Shown: positions 40,693 to 49,667 of the stretch, piece after piece
How the letters are laid out: each line of letters begins with the position of its first letter
Position numbering within the stretch: position 1 is the first letter of the stretch
Source: Candidatus Aldehydirespiratoraceae bacterium
Lineage (GTDB): Bacteria > Actinomycetota > Acidimicrobiia > Acidimicrobiales > Aldehydirespiratoraceae
Direction of reading: 5' to 3'
Length of the DNA: 64,000 bases
Assembly: GCA_965214565.1 (NCBI GenBank)
Contig: OZ243951.1
Location: 2,579,166-2,643,165, forward strand
Program-made: the position numbers and the translations under genes
The notes under the pieces: model-generated
What the model saw: only the letters and a program-made list of their open reading frames with translations
Database searches by the model: none
What the model was told of the DNA's origin: nothing

Positions 40693-41961
40693 ATGACTGA
40701 ATTCTCAACAGATGCCGCAAGGGCCCTGGCTGGCCCGTCGTGGCTCGTTGATCGCCGCGTGAGCGCAGCAGAGGACTTCGCCGCGGCGGTACCGCCGGAC
40801 GTGGCCGACGAGGAGTGGCGCTACAGCGCAATCCGGGAGTTTGACCTTTCTGAGTTCGTTCCCTCATCGCAGACCGGCCCCGCTCCGACGCCTGATTTCG
40901 AGCTTGACTCGTCTGCTGTGGTCCGCAGCGTCAACGGGCGGATCGTCTCGGTCGAGTCGGCCGATGAACTCAGTGCCGCCGGTGTCTATGTGGGTCCGCT
41001 CGCAGGTTCTGAGCAGGGACCCGACCTGCTGGGGGCGGTGGGCAGCGAGGCGGCGGGCTACTTCACGATCCTCAATGACGCCTTCGTGGCAGACCCGGTG
41101 CTGATTCGAGTGCCACCGGGCGTTGTACTGCGCAAGCCGATCGTGGTGACGCATTATCTGACCGGTTCCGGGGCCGCCGCGTTCCCTCGGTTAGTTGTCG
41201 ACATCGGTGCCGATTCGCAGGCCGAAGTGCTTGATCACCACACATCCGACAGCGGCCCTCTGCTGGTCTGCCCGGTGACCGAGTTAGACGTGTCGCCTGC
41301 GGGCCGGCTCGGATACTTGAACGTGCAACAGCTCGGTTCAAACACCTGGCAGTTCTGCTCGCAGTTGGGGAGGGTTGGGCGCGACGCCAGGCTGACGGTC
41401 TCCACAGCGGCTTTCGGCGGCGGCTATGCCCGGACGCGGTCCGATGTGCGCCTGGTGGGCCGCGGTGCCGATTGCGACCTCTCGGCGCTGTACTTCGGTG
41501 ACGGTCGACAGGGACTCGATTTTCGAACCTATCAGGATCATGTCGCTGCGGACACGACCTCCAATCTGCTCTACAAGGGTGTGGTGAGTGAAGAGTCCCG
41601 CAGCATCTACACAGGTCTGATCCGGGTGCGTCCCGATGCTCGCGGAACCAACGCCTTCCAGACCAACCGCAACCTGAAACTCGGCGATGACGCTTGGGTT
41701 GAGTCGGTCCCGAACCTTGAGATCGAGAACAACGATGTGCGCTGCAGCCATGCATCCGCGGTGGGCCCTGTCGATGAGGAGCAGCGGTTCTACCTGGAGA
41801 GCCGCGGCGTTCCCGCCGGTGAGGCGGAGAGTCTGATCGTGGCCGGGTTCCTGGGCGAGGTGCTAGAGACGTTGCCCGTGCGTGCCGCGCATGAGACGCT
41901 CAGGTCTGCGATAGACGCCAAACTGAGCCGCCAGAGGCGATCCGAGGGGGCCGCGTCGTGA
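40693..41961 (+). CDS. sufD: Fe-S cluster assembly protein SufD
   Basis: 422 aa. The C-terminal beta-helix region resembles SufB/D (LLYKGV...IYTGLIRV...AFQTNRNL). Confidence 0.9.
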   Translation: MTEFSTDAARALAGPSWLVDRRVSAAEDFAAAVPPDVADEEWRYSAIREFDLSEFVPSSQTGPAPTPDFELDSSAVVRSVNGRIVSVESADELSAAGVYVGPLAGSEQGPDLLGAVGSEAAGYFTILNDAFVADPVLIRVPPGVVLRKPIVVTHYLTGSGAAAFPRLVVDIGADSQAEVLDHHTSDSGPLLVCPVTELDVSPAGRLGYLNVQQLGSNTWQFCSQLGRVGRDARLTVSTAAFGGGYARTRSDVRLVGRGADCDLSALYFGDGRQGLDFRTYQDHVAADTTSNLLYKGVVSEESRSIYTGLIRVRPDARGTNAFQTNRNLKLGDDAWVESVPNLEIENNDVRCSHASAVGPVDEEQRFYLESRGVPAGEAESLIVAGFLGEVLETLPVRAAHETLRSAIDAKLSRQRRSEGAAS

Positions 41962-42347
41962 GCGTTCACGTGTTGTTTCCCCTGGTCGAGCTTGAAGCGG
42001 GCACGGCGCGCAAGGTGGAATTGGAGGGGTATCAGATCTCGCTTGTGCGGATCGATGACGACGTGTATGCCATCGGCGACATCTGCAGTCACGAGGACGT
42101 CTCTTTGTCCGAGGGCTATGTCGACACCGAGGAGTGTCTGCTCGAGTGTTGGCGCCACGGGGCGATGTTCAACCTGAAGACTGGCGATGCCGAAACCCTG
42201 CCGGCGATCCGTCCTGTACCGGTGTATGACGTGTCGGTCGTCGACGGAATGATACAGCTGGTGATCGATGAGGGGTCCGAACCTGCGGTGAAGACACGAG
42301 GGCCCGCGACTTCGTACCAGGCGAATGGGGGGCGTGGCGATGAGTGA
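41958..42347 (+). CDS. Rieske [2Fe-2S] ferredoxin-like protein
   Basis: Rieske ligand pattern CSHE...C.RHG. This position inside an actinobacterial suf operon is known. Confidence 0.85.
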   Translation: MSVHVLFPLVELEAGTARKVELEGYQISLVRIDDDVYAIGDICSHEDVSLSEGYVDTEECLLECWRHGAMFNLKTGDAETLPAIRPVPVYDVSVVDGMIQLVIDEGSEPAVKTRGPATSYQANGGRGDE

Positions 42348-43155
42348 ACTCGTGATCGAGGGCCTGCGGGCCCGGGTAGGTGGACAGGAGATTCTCAAGG
42401 GCGTCGATCTGGCGATGGCTTCGGGAGAAGTCCACGCGGTGATGGGTCCCAACGGGTCGGGAAAGTCGACTTTGGCCCACGTACTGGCGGGCCGTCCCGG
42501 GTTCGAGGTGCTCGGCGGCTCGGCACGGCTCGACGGCGTCGAGCTGTTGGATCTGCCGGCTTGGGAGCGAGCCCAGGCGGGTCTGTTCCTGGCGATGCAG
42601 TATCCGACGGAGGTTCCCGGAGTAGCGCTCGCCGACCTGCTGCGAGCGTCGGTGAGCAGCAGCGACGATGCCGATGAGATCGAATCGTCGATGCGCGTCG
42701 AGGCCGAGCGCATTGGTTTCGACGAGAAGTTCCTAGCAAGGCCGCTCAACGTCGATCTCTCCGGTGGTGAGAAGAAGCGCAATGAGACGCTCCAACTCGG
42801 AGTGCTGCGTCCCCGTTTCGCGATCCTAGACGAACTTGACTCGGGCCTCGACTTCGACGCCTTGCGCTTGGTCGGTGCACGGGTTGAGGCAGCGACGGAG
42901 GAAGACTCCGTGGGGGTGCTTGCCATCACCCACTACAGCCGCTTGTTCGAGCAGCTCCGGCCCGACACCGTGCATGTCTTTGCCGGGGGACGGATTCAAC
43001 AGACCGGTGGCGCCGAGTTGGCTCAAGAGTTGGAGGACACCGGTTACGAACGTTGGAGTGATGCGTCGCCGGCCGTCGCATCGTCGGCAACACTGCGCGC
43101 GGAACCTTCCGCCGAAGGCCCCTTGGCGGATCCGTTCGCCGATCCGCTCGCTTGA
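42340..43155 (+). CDS. sufC: Fe-S cluster assembly ATPase SufC (copy 1, divergent, with C-terminal tail)
   Basis: Contains GPNGSGKST, LSGGEKKRNE and ILDELDSGLD motifs. The ATG at 42340 overlaps the Rieske gene's stop. Confidence 0.9.
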   Translation: MSELVIEGLRARVGGQEILKGVDLAMASGEVHAVMGPNGSGKSTLAHVLAGRPGFEVLGGSARLDGVELLDLPAWERAQAGLFLAMQYPTEVPGVALADLLRASVSSSDDADEIESSMRVEAERIGFDEKFLARPLNVDLSGGEKKRNETLQLGVLRPRFAILDELDSGLDFDALRLVGARVEAATEEDSVGVLAITHYSRLFEQLRPDTVHVFAGGRIQQTGGAELAQELEDTGYERWSDASPAVASSATLRAEPSAEGPLADPFADPLA

Positions 43156-43182
43156 ATCGTGTAGCTGGGGCAGACTGCAGCC

Positions 43183-43470
43183 ATGGCTACAACTCTGCTG
43201 AGCGGCGATGAGATTACAGACCTGTTGGCGGAGTTTCCCGAGTGGCGACGTGAGGGCGATCGTCTGTGCCGTTCATACCAGTTCGACGATTTCGTTGAGG
43301 CATTCGGTTTCATGGCCGAAGTCGCGCTCGTCTCAGAAAAGCTGTTCCACCATCCGGAGTGGAGCAACGTCTACAACCGGGTGGACGTTGCCATCACCGA
43401 CCACGCCGCGGGTGGAATATCAGAAAACGACCGCGCCTGGATAAAGCGAGTCGAACGACTCGGCAGGTGA
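43183..43470 (+). CDS. 4a-hydroxytetrahydrobiopterin (pterin-4a-carbinolamine) dehydratase
   Basis: 95 aa. Contains F.DF..AFGFM..VAL.SEKL.HHPEW.NVYN.V motifs. Confidence 0.85.
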   Translation: MATTLLSGDEITDLLAEFPEWRREGDRLCRSYQFDDFVEAFGFMAEVALVSEKLFHHPEWSNVYNRVDVAITDHAAGGISENDRAWIKRVERLGR

Positions 43471-43498
43471 ATCCTGTCCAACCCGAACGAAGGGGACG

Positions 43499-43981
43499 CT
43501 ATTCGTCGAGCGCTTGGGCGAGGGTGTTCCAGCTCAATGTCGCGCACTTGATCCGTATCGGGAACTTGACCACACCGCGCAGCGCTTCCAGATCGCCGAG
43601 TTGCATGCCGTCCGAGGCGCCCTCGAGGTCTATCCCCAGCGCGGTTTCGCTGCCGTCGCCGCCGATATCGGTTTCGTGGATCGACATGAGTCCCTTGAAG
43701 GCCACGATCAGCTTCCGGGCGTCTTCAACCGTCTTGCCCTTGATCGCCACCGACATCATCGACGCCGATGACTGACTGATGGAACAACCCTGGCCCCCGA
43801 TCGCGACATCGTCGATCACGCCTGTGTCGTCGACTTGCAGGTAGACGATGATCTCGTCACCGCACAACGGGTTGAATCCCTCGGCACGGCGCGCCGGGGG
43901 AGTTTCGAGCTCTCCGCGATTGCGGGGTGTCCGGTAGTGGTCGAGGATGATCTCGCGATAGAGGTCTTCAAGGCCAATCAT
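43499..43981 (-). CDS. sufU: SUF-system NifU/IscU-like scaffold SufU
   Basis: Contains NPLCGD, GQGCSIS and CATL motifs. Confidence 0.9.
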   Translation of the reverse strand: MIGLEDLYREIILDHYRTPRNRGELETPPARRAEGFNPLCGDEIIVYLQVDDTGVIDDVAIGGQGCSISQSSASMMSVAIKGKTVEDARKLIVAFKGLMSIHETDIGGDGSETALGIDLEGASDGMQLGDLEALRGVVKFPIRIKCATLSWNTLAQALDE

Positions 43982-43992
43982 CTTGTGGTCTC

Positions 43993-45222
43993 CTAGAACG
44001 AGAAGATTTCGTCGACCGCGCTGAGGGCGTCGGCGAGCTTGTCGAGGTCAGACTTGTCGTTGTAGACGTACAGGGAGGCACGCGAGGTGGCACTGGCGCC
44101 GAGCACGTCCATGAGCGGCTTGGCGCAATGGTGTCCTGCGCGCACCGCGATCCCGGACTGGTCGAGTACCTGGGCCACATCGTGGGGGTGCACATCGCCG
44201 TAGGCGAAGGACATCACGCCGCCGCGCTCCGCCGGTTCGGCCGGACCGTGGACGGTGATCTTGTCACCGTGGCGCTCTGTGAGTGTTCGCAGCGCGTATG
44301 CGGTCAGTTCAACCTCGTGTTGGCGGACATTGTCCATGCCGAGATCGCTGAGATAGTCGACGGCTGCACCGAGGCCGACCGCTTCGGCGACCATCGGTGT
44401 TCCTGCCTCGAATTTCCAGGGCACGTCGTTGGTCGTGTAACCGTTCTTGGTGACGTTGAGTATCATCTCTCCTCCGCCGAGGAAGGGCGGCATGGCTTCG
44501 AGGTGTTCGGCGCGGGCCCAGAGCACGCCGATCCCCATCGGTGCGAGCATCTTGTGGCCGGTGAAAACCAGGAAATCCGCGCCGAGCGCCTGCACGTCGG
44601 TGGGTACGTGGGGAACGTACTGGCTGGCGTCGACGACCATCAGCGCTCCGGCGTCGTGAGCCCGTTCTGCCAGTGCGGAGATCGGGTTGAGTGTGCCGAG
44701 CACGTTGCTCATGGCCGTCACCGACAGCAGTTTGGCCCCGTCGAGGAGCCGGTCGAGGTCGCTGAGATCAAGGTGGCCGGACTCATCGACTGGGATCCAA
44801 CGAAGTTCTATGCCTTTTCGGGCTCGCAGCATGTGCCAGGGAACGATGTTGGCGTGGTGTTCCATCTCGCTGATCACCACTGCGTCGCCGGCCTTGAGAC
44901 TGTGCTCACCCAAACAGTGGGCCAGAAGGTTCATCGACTCGGTTGCGTTCTTGGTGAAGACGATCTCGGCGCTCGATTCTGCGTTGATGAAGGCCCCGAC
45001 TTTGGCTCGGGCTCCCTCGAGTGCGTCTGTTGCCCGTACCGCGAGCTCGTAGCTGCCGCGGTGGACGTTGGCGTTGGTCGTCTCGTAGTAGTCGGTCATT
45101 GCGTCGATGACCGCCTGGGGTTTCTGGGAGGTGTTGGCCGAGTCGAGGTAGACGAGCTGTTGGCCGTGGAACTGCTGGTCGAGTAGCGGGAAGTCGGATT
45201 TGACGTTTGAGCGGAGAGTCAT
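43993..45222 (-). CDS. sufS: cysteine desulfurase SufS (class V aminotransferase group II)
   Basis: 409 aa. Contains FTGHKMLAPMGIG and RAGHHCA motifs. Confidence 0.9.
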   Translation of the reverse strand: MTLRSNVKSDFPLLDQQFHGQQLVYLDSANTSQKPQAVIDAMTDYYETTNANVHRGSYELAVRATDALEGARAKVGAFINAESSAEIVFTKNATESMNLLAHCLGEHSLKAGDAVVISEMEHHANIVPWHMLRARKGIELRWIPVDESGHLDLSDLDRLLDGAKLLSVTAMSNVLGTLNPISALAERAHDAGALMVVDASQYVPHVPTDVQALGADFLVFTGHKMLAPMGIGVLWARAEHLEAMPPFLGGGEMILNVTKNGYTTNDVPWKFEAGTPMVAEAVGLGAAVDYLSDLGMDNVRQHEVELTAYALRTLTERHGDKITVHGPAEPAERGGVMSFAYGDVHPHDVAQVLDQSGIAVRAGHHCAKPLMDVLGASATSRASLYVYNDKSDLDKLADALSAVDEIFSF

Positions 45223-45225
45223 GTT

Positions 45226-45981
<756 letters not shown>

Positions 45982-46125
45982 GCGTTCCAGTTTACGAGCG
46001 CTGCAAGTTTCGCACTACGGCCATAGGAGAAATTGCCGGAACGGCGGTGACCCGGGTCCGACACCGCAAGGATTCCGGAGCGGGGCCGATTGGACTTGTG
46101 GTGGTGGAGTCGTAGAGTGCAGCGC

Positions 46126-47241
46126 ATGAACTTTGCATTCTCAGAAGAGCAGGACCAGTTGCGTGAGTTCGTCCGCAGCTTCTTGGAAGACAAGTCGCCT
46201 GAAACCTCAGTACGTGAACAGATGGACACCGAGGTCGGCTATGACGACGCAGTCTGGAGTCAGATGGCGGAGCAGATGGGCCTGCAGGCGCTGGCGATTC
46301 CCGAGGAGTACGGCGGCCAGGGATTCGGATTCGTGGAGCAGATCGTGGTGCTCGAGGAGATGGGTCGGGCGCTGCTCTGCGCCCCGTACTTCTCATCGTG
46401 TGTGCTGGCGGCCAACACGCTGCTGCACAGCGGCGACGAGGACGCCAAGAACGCCCACCTTCCAGGAATCGCCTCTGGAGAGACCCGGGCGACGCTCGCA
46501 TTCACCGAGGAGAACGGTCGCTGGGACGAAGACGGCATCACCATGGCGGCATCGAACGACGGTGGTTCGTGGACCCTCGACGGCACGAAGATGTATGTGC
46601 TCGACGGGCACACCGCCAATCTGATCCTGGTCGCGGCCCGCAGCGATGCGGGAGTGTCGCTGTTCAGCGTTGCCGCTGACGCCGACGGCCTCACCCGGAC
46701 CGCGCTGTCGACAATGGACCAGACGCGCAAGCAGGCCAAGCTGGAGTTCGCCGGTGTGGCCGCCGAACTGATCGGTAGCGACGGAGCCGGTTGGGATGTG
46801 TTGGAAACGGTGCTCGACTTGGCCGCGGTGGCCCTCGCGGCAGAACAGGTGGGCGGTGCGCAGATGTGTCTGGACATGTCGGTCGAGTACGCCAAGGTCA
46901 GAGTGCAGTTCGGTCGCCCGATCGGGTCCTTCCAGGCCATCAAGCACAAGTGTGCCGACATGCTCCTCGAAGTCGAGTCGGCCAAGTCAGCCGCCTACTA
47001 CGCGGGCTGGTGCGCGGCTGAGATGAACGATGAGCTGGGCCAGGTTGCTTCCTTGGCTAAGAGCTACTGTTCAGAGGCGTACTTTCATGCCGCCGCGGAG
47101 AACATCCAGATCCACGGTGGCATCGGCTTCACCTGGGAGCATCCCGCCCATCTCTATTTCAAGCGGGCGAAGAGCTCTGAGTTGCTGTTCGGAGACCCGA
47201 CCTACCATCGCGAACTGCTCGCCCAACGCATCGGCATCTGA
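46126..47241 (+). CDS. acyl-CoA dehydrogenase family protein
   Basis: Starts MNFAFSEEQDQLREF. The C-terminal region contains IHGGIGFTWEH. Confidence 0.85.
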   Translation: MNFAFSEEQDQLREFVRSFLEDKSPETSVREQMDTEVGYDDAVWSQMAEQMGLQALAIPEEYGGQGFGFVEQIVVLEEMGRALLCAPYFSSCVLAANTLLHSGDEDAKNAHLPGIASGETRATLAFTEENGRWDEDGITMAASNDGGSWTLDGTKMYVLDGHTANLILVAARSDAGVSLFSVAADADGLTRTALSTMDQTRKQAKLEFAGVAAELIGSDGAGWDVLETVLDLAAVALAAEQVGGAQMCLDMSVEYAKVRVQFGRPIGSFQAIKHKCADMLLEVESAKSAAYYAGWCAAEMNDELGQVASLAKSYCSEAYFHAAAENIQIHGGIGFTWEHPAHLYFKRAKSSELLFGDPTYHRELLAQRIGI

Positions 47242-47266
47242 GCGGATACTGGCGGGGTGACGCGGC

Positions 47267-47710
47267 TTGGTCTGGGTCTTCTTCGCAGTCGGTGCGGTAG
47301 CCGTCATCCTGATCGCTCTCGTGGCGGTCGGAAAAGCGGTTGCGGAACTGGAAACCGAACGAAGCCCTGCCGTCTATGACCTCAACGACGCGGTGGAATG
47401 GATCGCCCAACGGCTTCCCGACGAGGTGACAGCCCGGATCTCCTTCGACGACGTCAGGACCCTGCTTCGTTGGCATCTCGACTGGTTCCAGGAGGCAGGT
47501 GTGGCCTCGCGTCATGGTGAGGAACTGGCCACCGATCAGGTCCGAGTCGATGGAGCGGTCGCCCCCCATGATGCAGCGATCGACGCGATCGTGGCCCGTT
47601 CGCTGGCTGTCGGCGGCCCTGAAGCCGTCGACGTGGTCTGCGTGCTCGACCTCCAGATGAAGTATCTGACGGCGATCGGTGCCGTCGGCGACGAGGTCGA
47701 CGACTCGTGA
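47267..47710 (+). CDS. hypothetical protein with N-terminal transmembrane helix
   Basis: 147 aa. Codon usage is coding-like. No recognisable family. Confidence 0.5.
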   Translation: MVWVFFAVGAVAVILIALVAVGKAVAELETERSPAVYDLNDAVEWIAQRLPDEVTARISFDDVRTLLRWHLDWFQEAGVASRHGEELATDQVRVDGAVAPHDAAIDAIVARSLAVGGPEAVDVVCVLDLQMKYLTAIGAVGDEVDDS

Positions 47711-47971
47711 ACCGCAGAAATATCCCACACGACCGACTGCTTTTGTGCTTCACTATTGGCACCAAAGAAAGGAGGTGGTCCCGCAGTGTGTAGAAGATCT
47801 GTGACCTTGGAGGTGGCTGGCCGCTAGAACAGCTGCTGGACCACTGGCGCAAACCAAGCCAGCTCCACCCCTGGGGCTAGGTGGACCGGGAATATGTCAC
47901 GCCTGGTGCGGTGCCGCAAGGTGCCACCACTCCCTGGGATTCCAGCAAACATTGTTTTCGAGAAATACTCA

Positions 47972-48017
47972 AGAACCGTCCTGGGGCTGTCGTGGCCCTG
48001 GGACGGTTCTCTTTTTC
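47972..48017 (+). terminator. strong Rho-independent terminator
   Basis: 16-bp stem (AGAACCGTCCTGGGGC / GCCCTGGGACGGTTCT, two G-U pairs), 7-nt loop, followed by CTTTTTCTT. Confidence 0.7.
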
Positions 48018-48083
48018 TTCCGTGGGAATCGCTGATCACCGTGAATCGCCGATTCCTGTCGTTGCTGCCGCTATGTTTCCTGC

Positions 48084-48275
48084 ATGGAACGACCGGCTCG
48101 ATTTCAAAACAGCCGCTTTCTGGGTGACAAGCGGGTTCAGGTGGTATACGACCTCGACGACGTGGCTGAGACCGCTGTCATCGAAGAACTCGCCAACAGC
48201 GAGCATGCGTTGGCGTTCGGACCCGACACCCTTGCCGAAGCCCGTAACCGCGGCTACCGCTTGCGGTCCGTCTGA
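48084..48275 (+). CDS. possible small hypothetical protein
   Basis: 63-aa ORF with GC3-rich codons in its distal part. No recognisable family. Weak call. Confidence 0.25.
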   Translation: MERPARFQNSRFLGDKRVQVVYDLDDVAETAVIEELANSEHALAFGPDTLAEARNRGYRLRSV

Positions 48276-48294
48276 CTAGCGGGTTGCCGGACTA

Positions 48295-49065
48295 GTGGAC
48301 AGGAGCTTCACGGTTGATGGCATCGAGTTGGAAGCCCACCTCGCTCGACCCTCCCAGAATCACAGCACGGCCCAACCAGGGTTGGTGATCGCGCACGGTT
48401 TCCCGGCTGAGGCCGGTGGTGGAATCAACTCGACTTCAAGCTTTCCCGGTCTTGCTGATCGGGTCGCCACTGAATGCGGTTGGGCCGCGCTTGCGTACTC
48501 CAGCCGCGGGATTGCAAAGTCTGGCGGCGATTTCTCGCTGGAGGGCTGGTTGCGGGACCTCAAGGGAGCGATCGCGTTCCTGCGTGAATCAGTGCATTGC
48601 GACGGCGTCTGGCTTCTCGGATTCGGTACGGGCGGCGCTCTGGCGGTCGAGGCCGGCGCCGCGGACGAGACGATCCGAGGCGTCTGCGCCGTGTCGTTGC
48701 CAGCGGACTTCAGCGACTGGGCACGCAGCCCTCGCAAGCTGTTGGTGCTCGCACGCGAGATGGGAGCGATCCGCGACAGCGCCTTTCCAGACGACTTCGG
48801 ATACTGGTCGCAGCAACTGCGTTCCGTGGATGCCAGCGAAGCGGCGACGCGCCTGTCGCCGCGTGAGCTGTTACTGATTCATGGCAGCGAAGATGATGTC
48901 GTGCCGGTGCTCGACACCCGTGCCGTTGCCGACGCGCATGCTTCTGCAGACTTGCGGATCATCGACGGAGCCAGCCATTACCTGCGCCACGACCCCCGTG
49001 CCATCGCGGTGGTCCTCGGCTGGCTGGACCGCCAACGCAACCGACTGCGTTCCGAGTTCGGGTGA
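48295..49065 (+). CDS. alpha/beta hydrolase
   Basis: Contains HGFP, a nucleophile-elbow-like GFGTGG, and LIHGSEDDVVP...SHY. Confidence 0.7.
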   Translation: MDRSFTVDGIELEAHLARPSQNHSTAQPGLVIAHGFPAEAGGGINSTSSFPGLADRVATECGWAALAYSSRGIAKSGGDFSLEGWLRDLKGAIAFLRESVHCDGVWLLGFGTGGALAVEAGAADETIRGVCAVSLPADFSDWARSPRKLLVLAREMGAIRDSAFPDDFGYWSQQLRSVDASEAATRLSPRELLLIHGSEDDVVPVLDTRAVADAHASADLRIIDGASHYLRHDPRAIAVVLGWLDRQRNRLRSEFG

Positions 49066-49096
49066 AGCGCAACCGCCGGCGCGGTTCAGGGCGAAT

Positions 49097-49639
49097 CTAC
49101 TGGCTGTTGATCCGGCGCTTCTCGCGAAGCCTCCCAAGCGCGGTCGGGTCACCGAGGTCGGCGACACTGCGGAGGTCTTCGGTTGCGAAGACTCCGGCAA
49201 CGGCCTCCCAACCGTCCGGTTTGCAGTCGAAACGCTTGGCCAGAATGGCTATGAGAATCTGGGATTTGACCGGGCCGTAGCCGGGTACCGCCAACAATCG
49301 GTCGTAGAGCACGTCCGCGTTGTCCGCATCTTCCCAGATCGAGGCGGCAGCTCCCTGATATTCCTCGACTAGGTGCTCGCACAGTTTGTGGATTCGGCGT
49401 GCCATCATGGCCGGAAAGCGATGGATTGCAGGTTTAGCAGCGGCGAACGCGACCAACTCCTCAGGGTCCATCGCGGCGATCTCGGCGGCGTCGAGTGCGC
49501 CGCCGAGCCTCTGGGCCAGTCGCAGGGGTGAGGCGAAAGCCCACTCGATGGGGATCTGCTGGTCGAGCAGCATGGCGATCATGAGCGCCAGCGGATCGGT
49601 GTTGATCAAATGGTCGGCGTCCGGGTCGCCGCTGACCAC
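49097..49639 (-). CDS. HhH-GPD-type base excision DNA repair protein
   Basis: Contains PLALMIAMLLDQQ and VPGYGPVKSQILIAILAKR. The start is taken at GTG 49639 so that it does not overlap aceE. Confidence 0.75.
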   Translation of the reverse strand: MVSGDPDADHLINTDPLALMIAMLLDQQIPIEWAFASPLRLAQRLGGALDAAEIAAMDPEELVAFAAAKPAIHRFPAMMARRIHKLCEHLVEEYQGAAASIWEDADNADVLYDRLLAVPGYGPVKSQILIAILAKRFDCKPDGWEAVAGVFATEDLRSVADLGDPTALGRLREKRRINSQ

Positions 49640-49667
49640 GAGCGTGCCGCGGCGGTGCGGGCCGGGC

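Noticed and set aside
43359-43775. ORFs antisense to sufU and overlapping the PCD gene.
   Set aside because: SufU on the minus strand has all three conserved Cys motifs. The plus-strand reading has no features.
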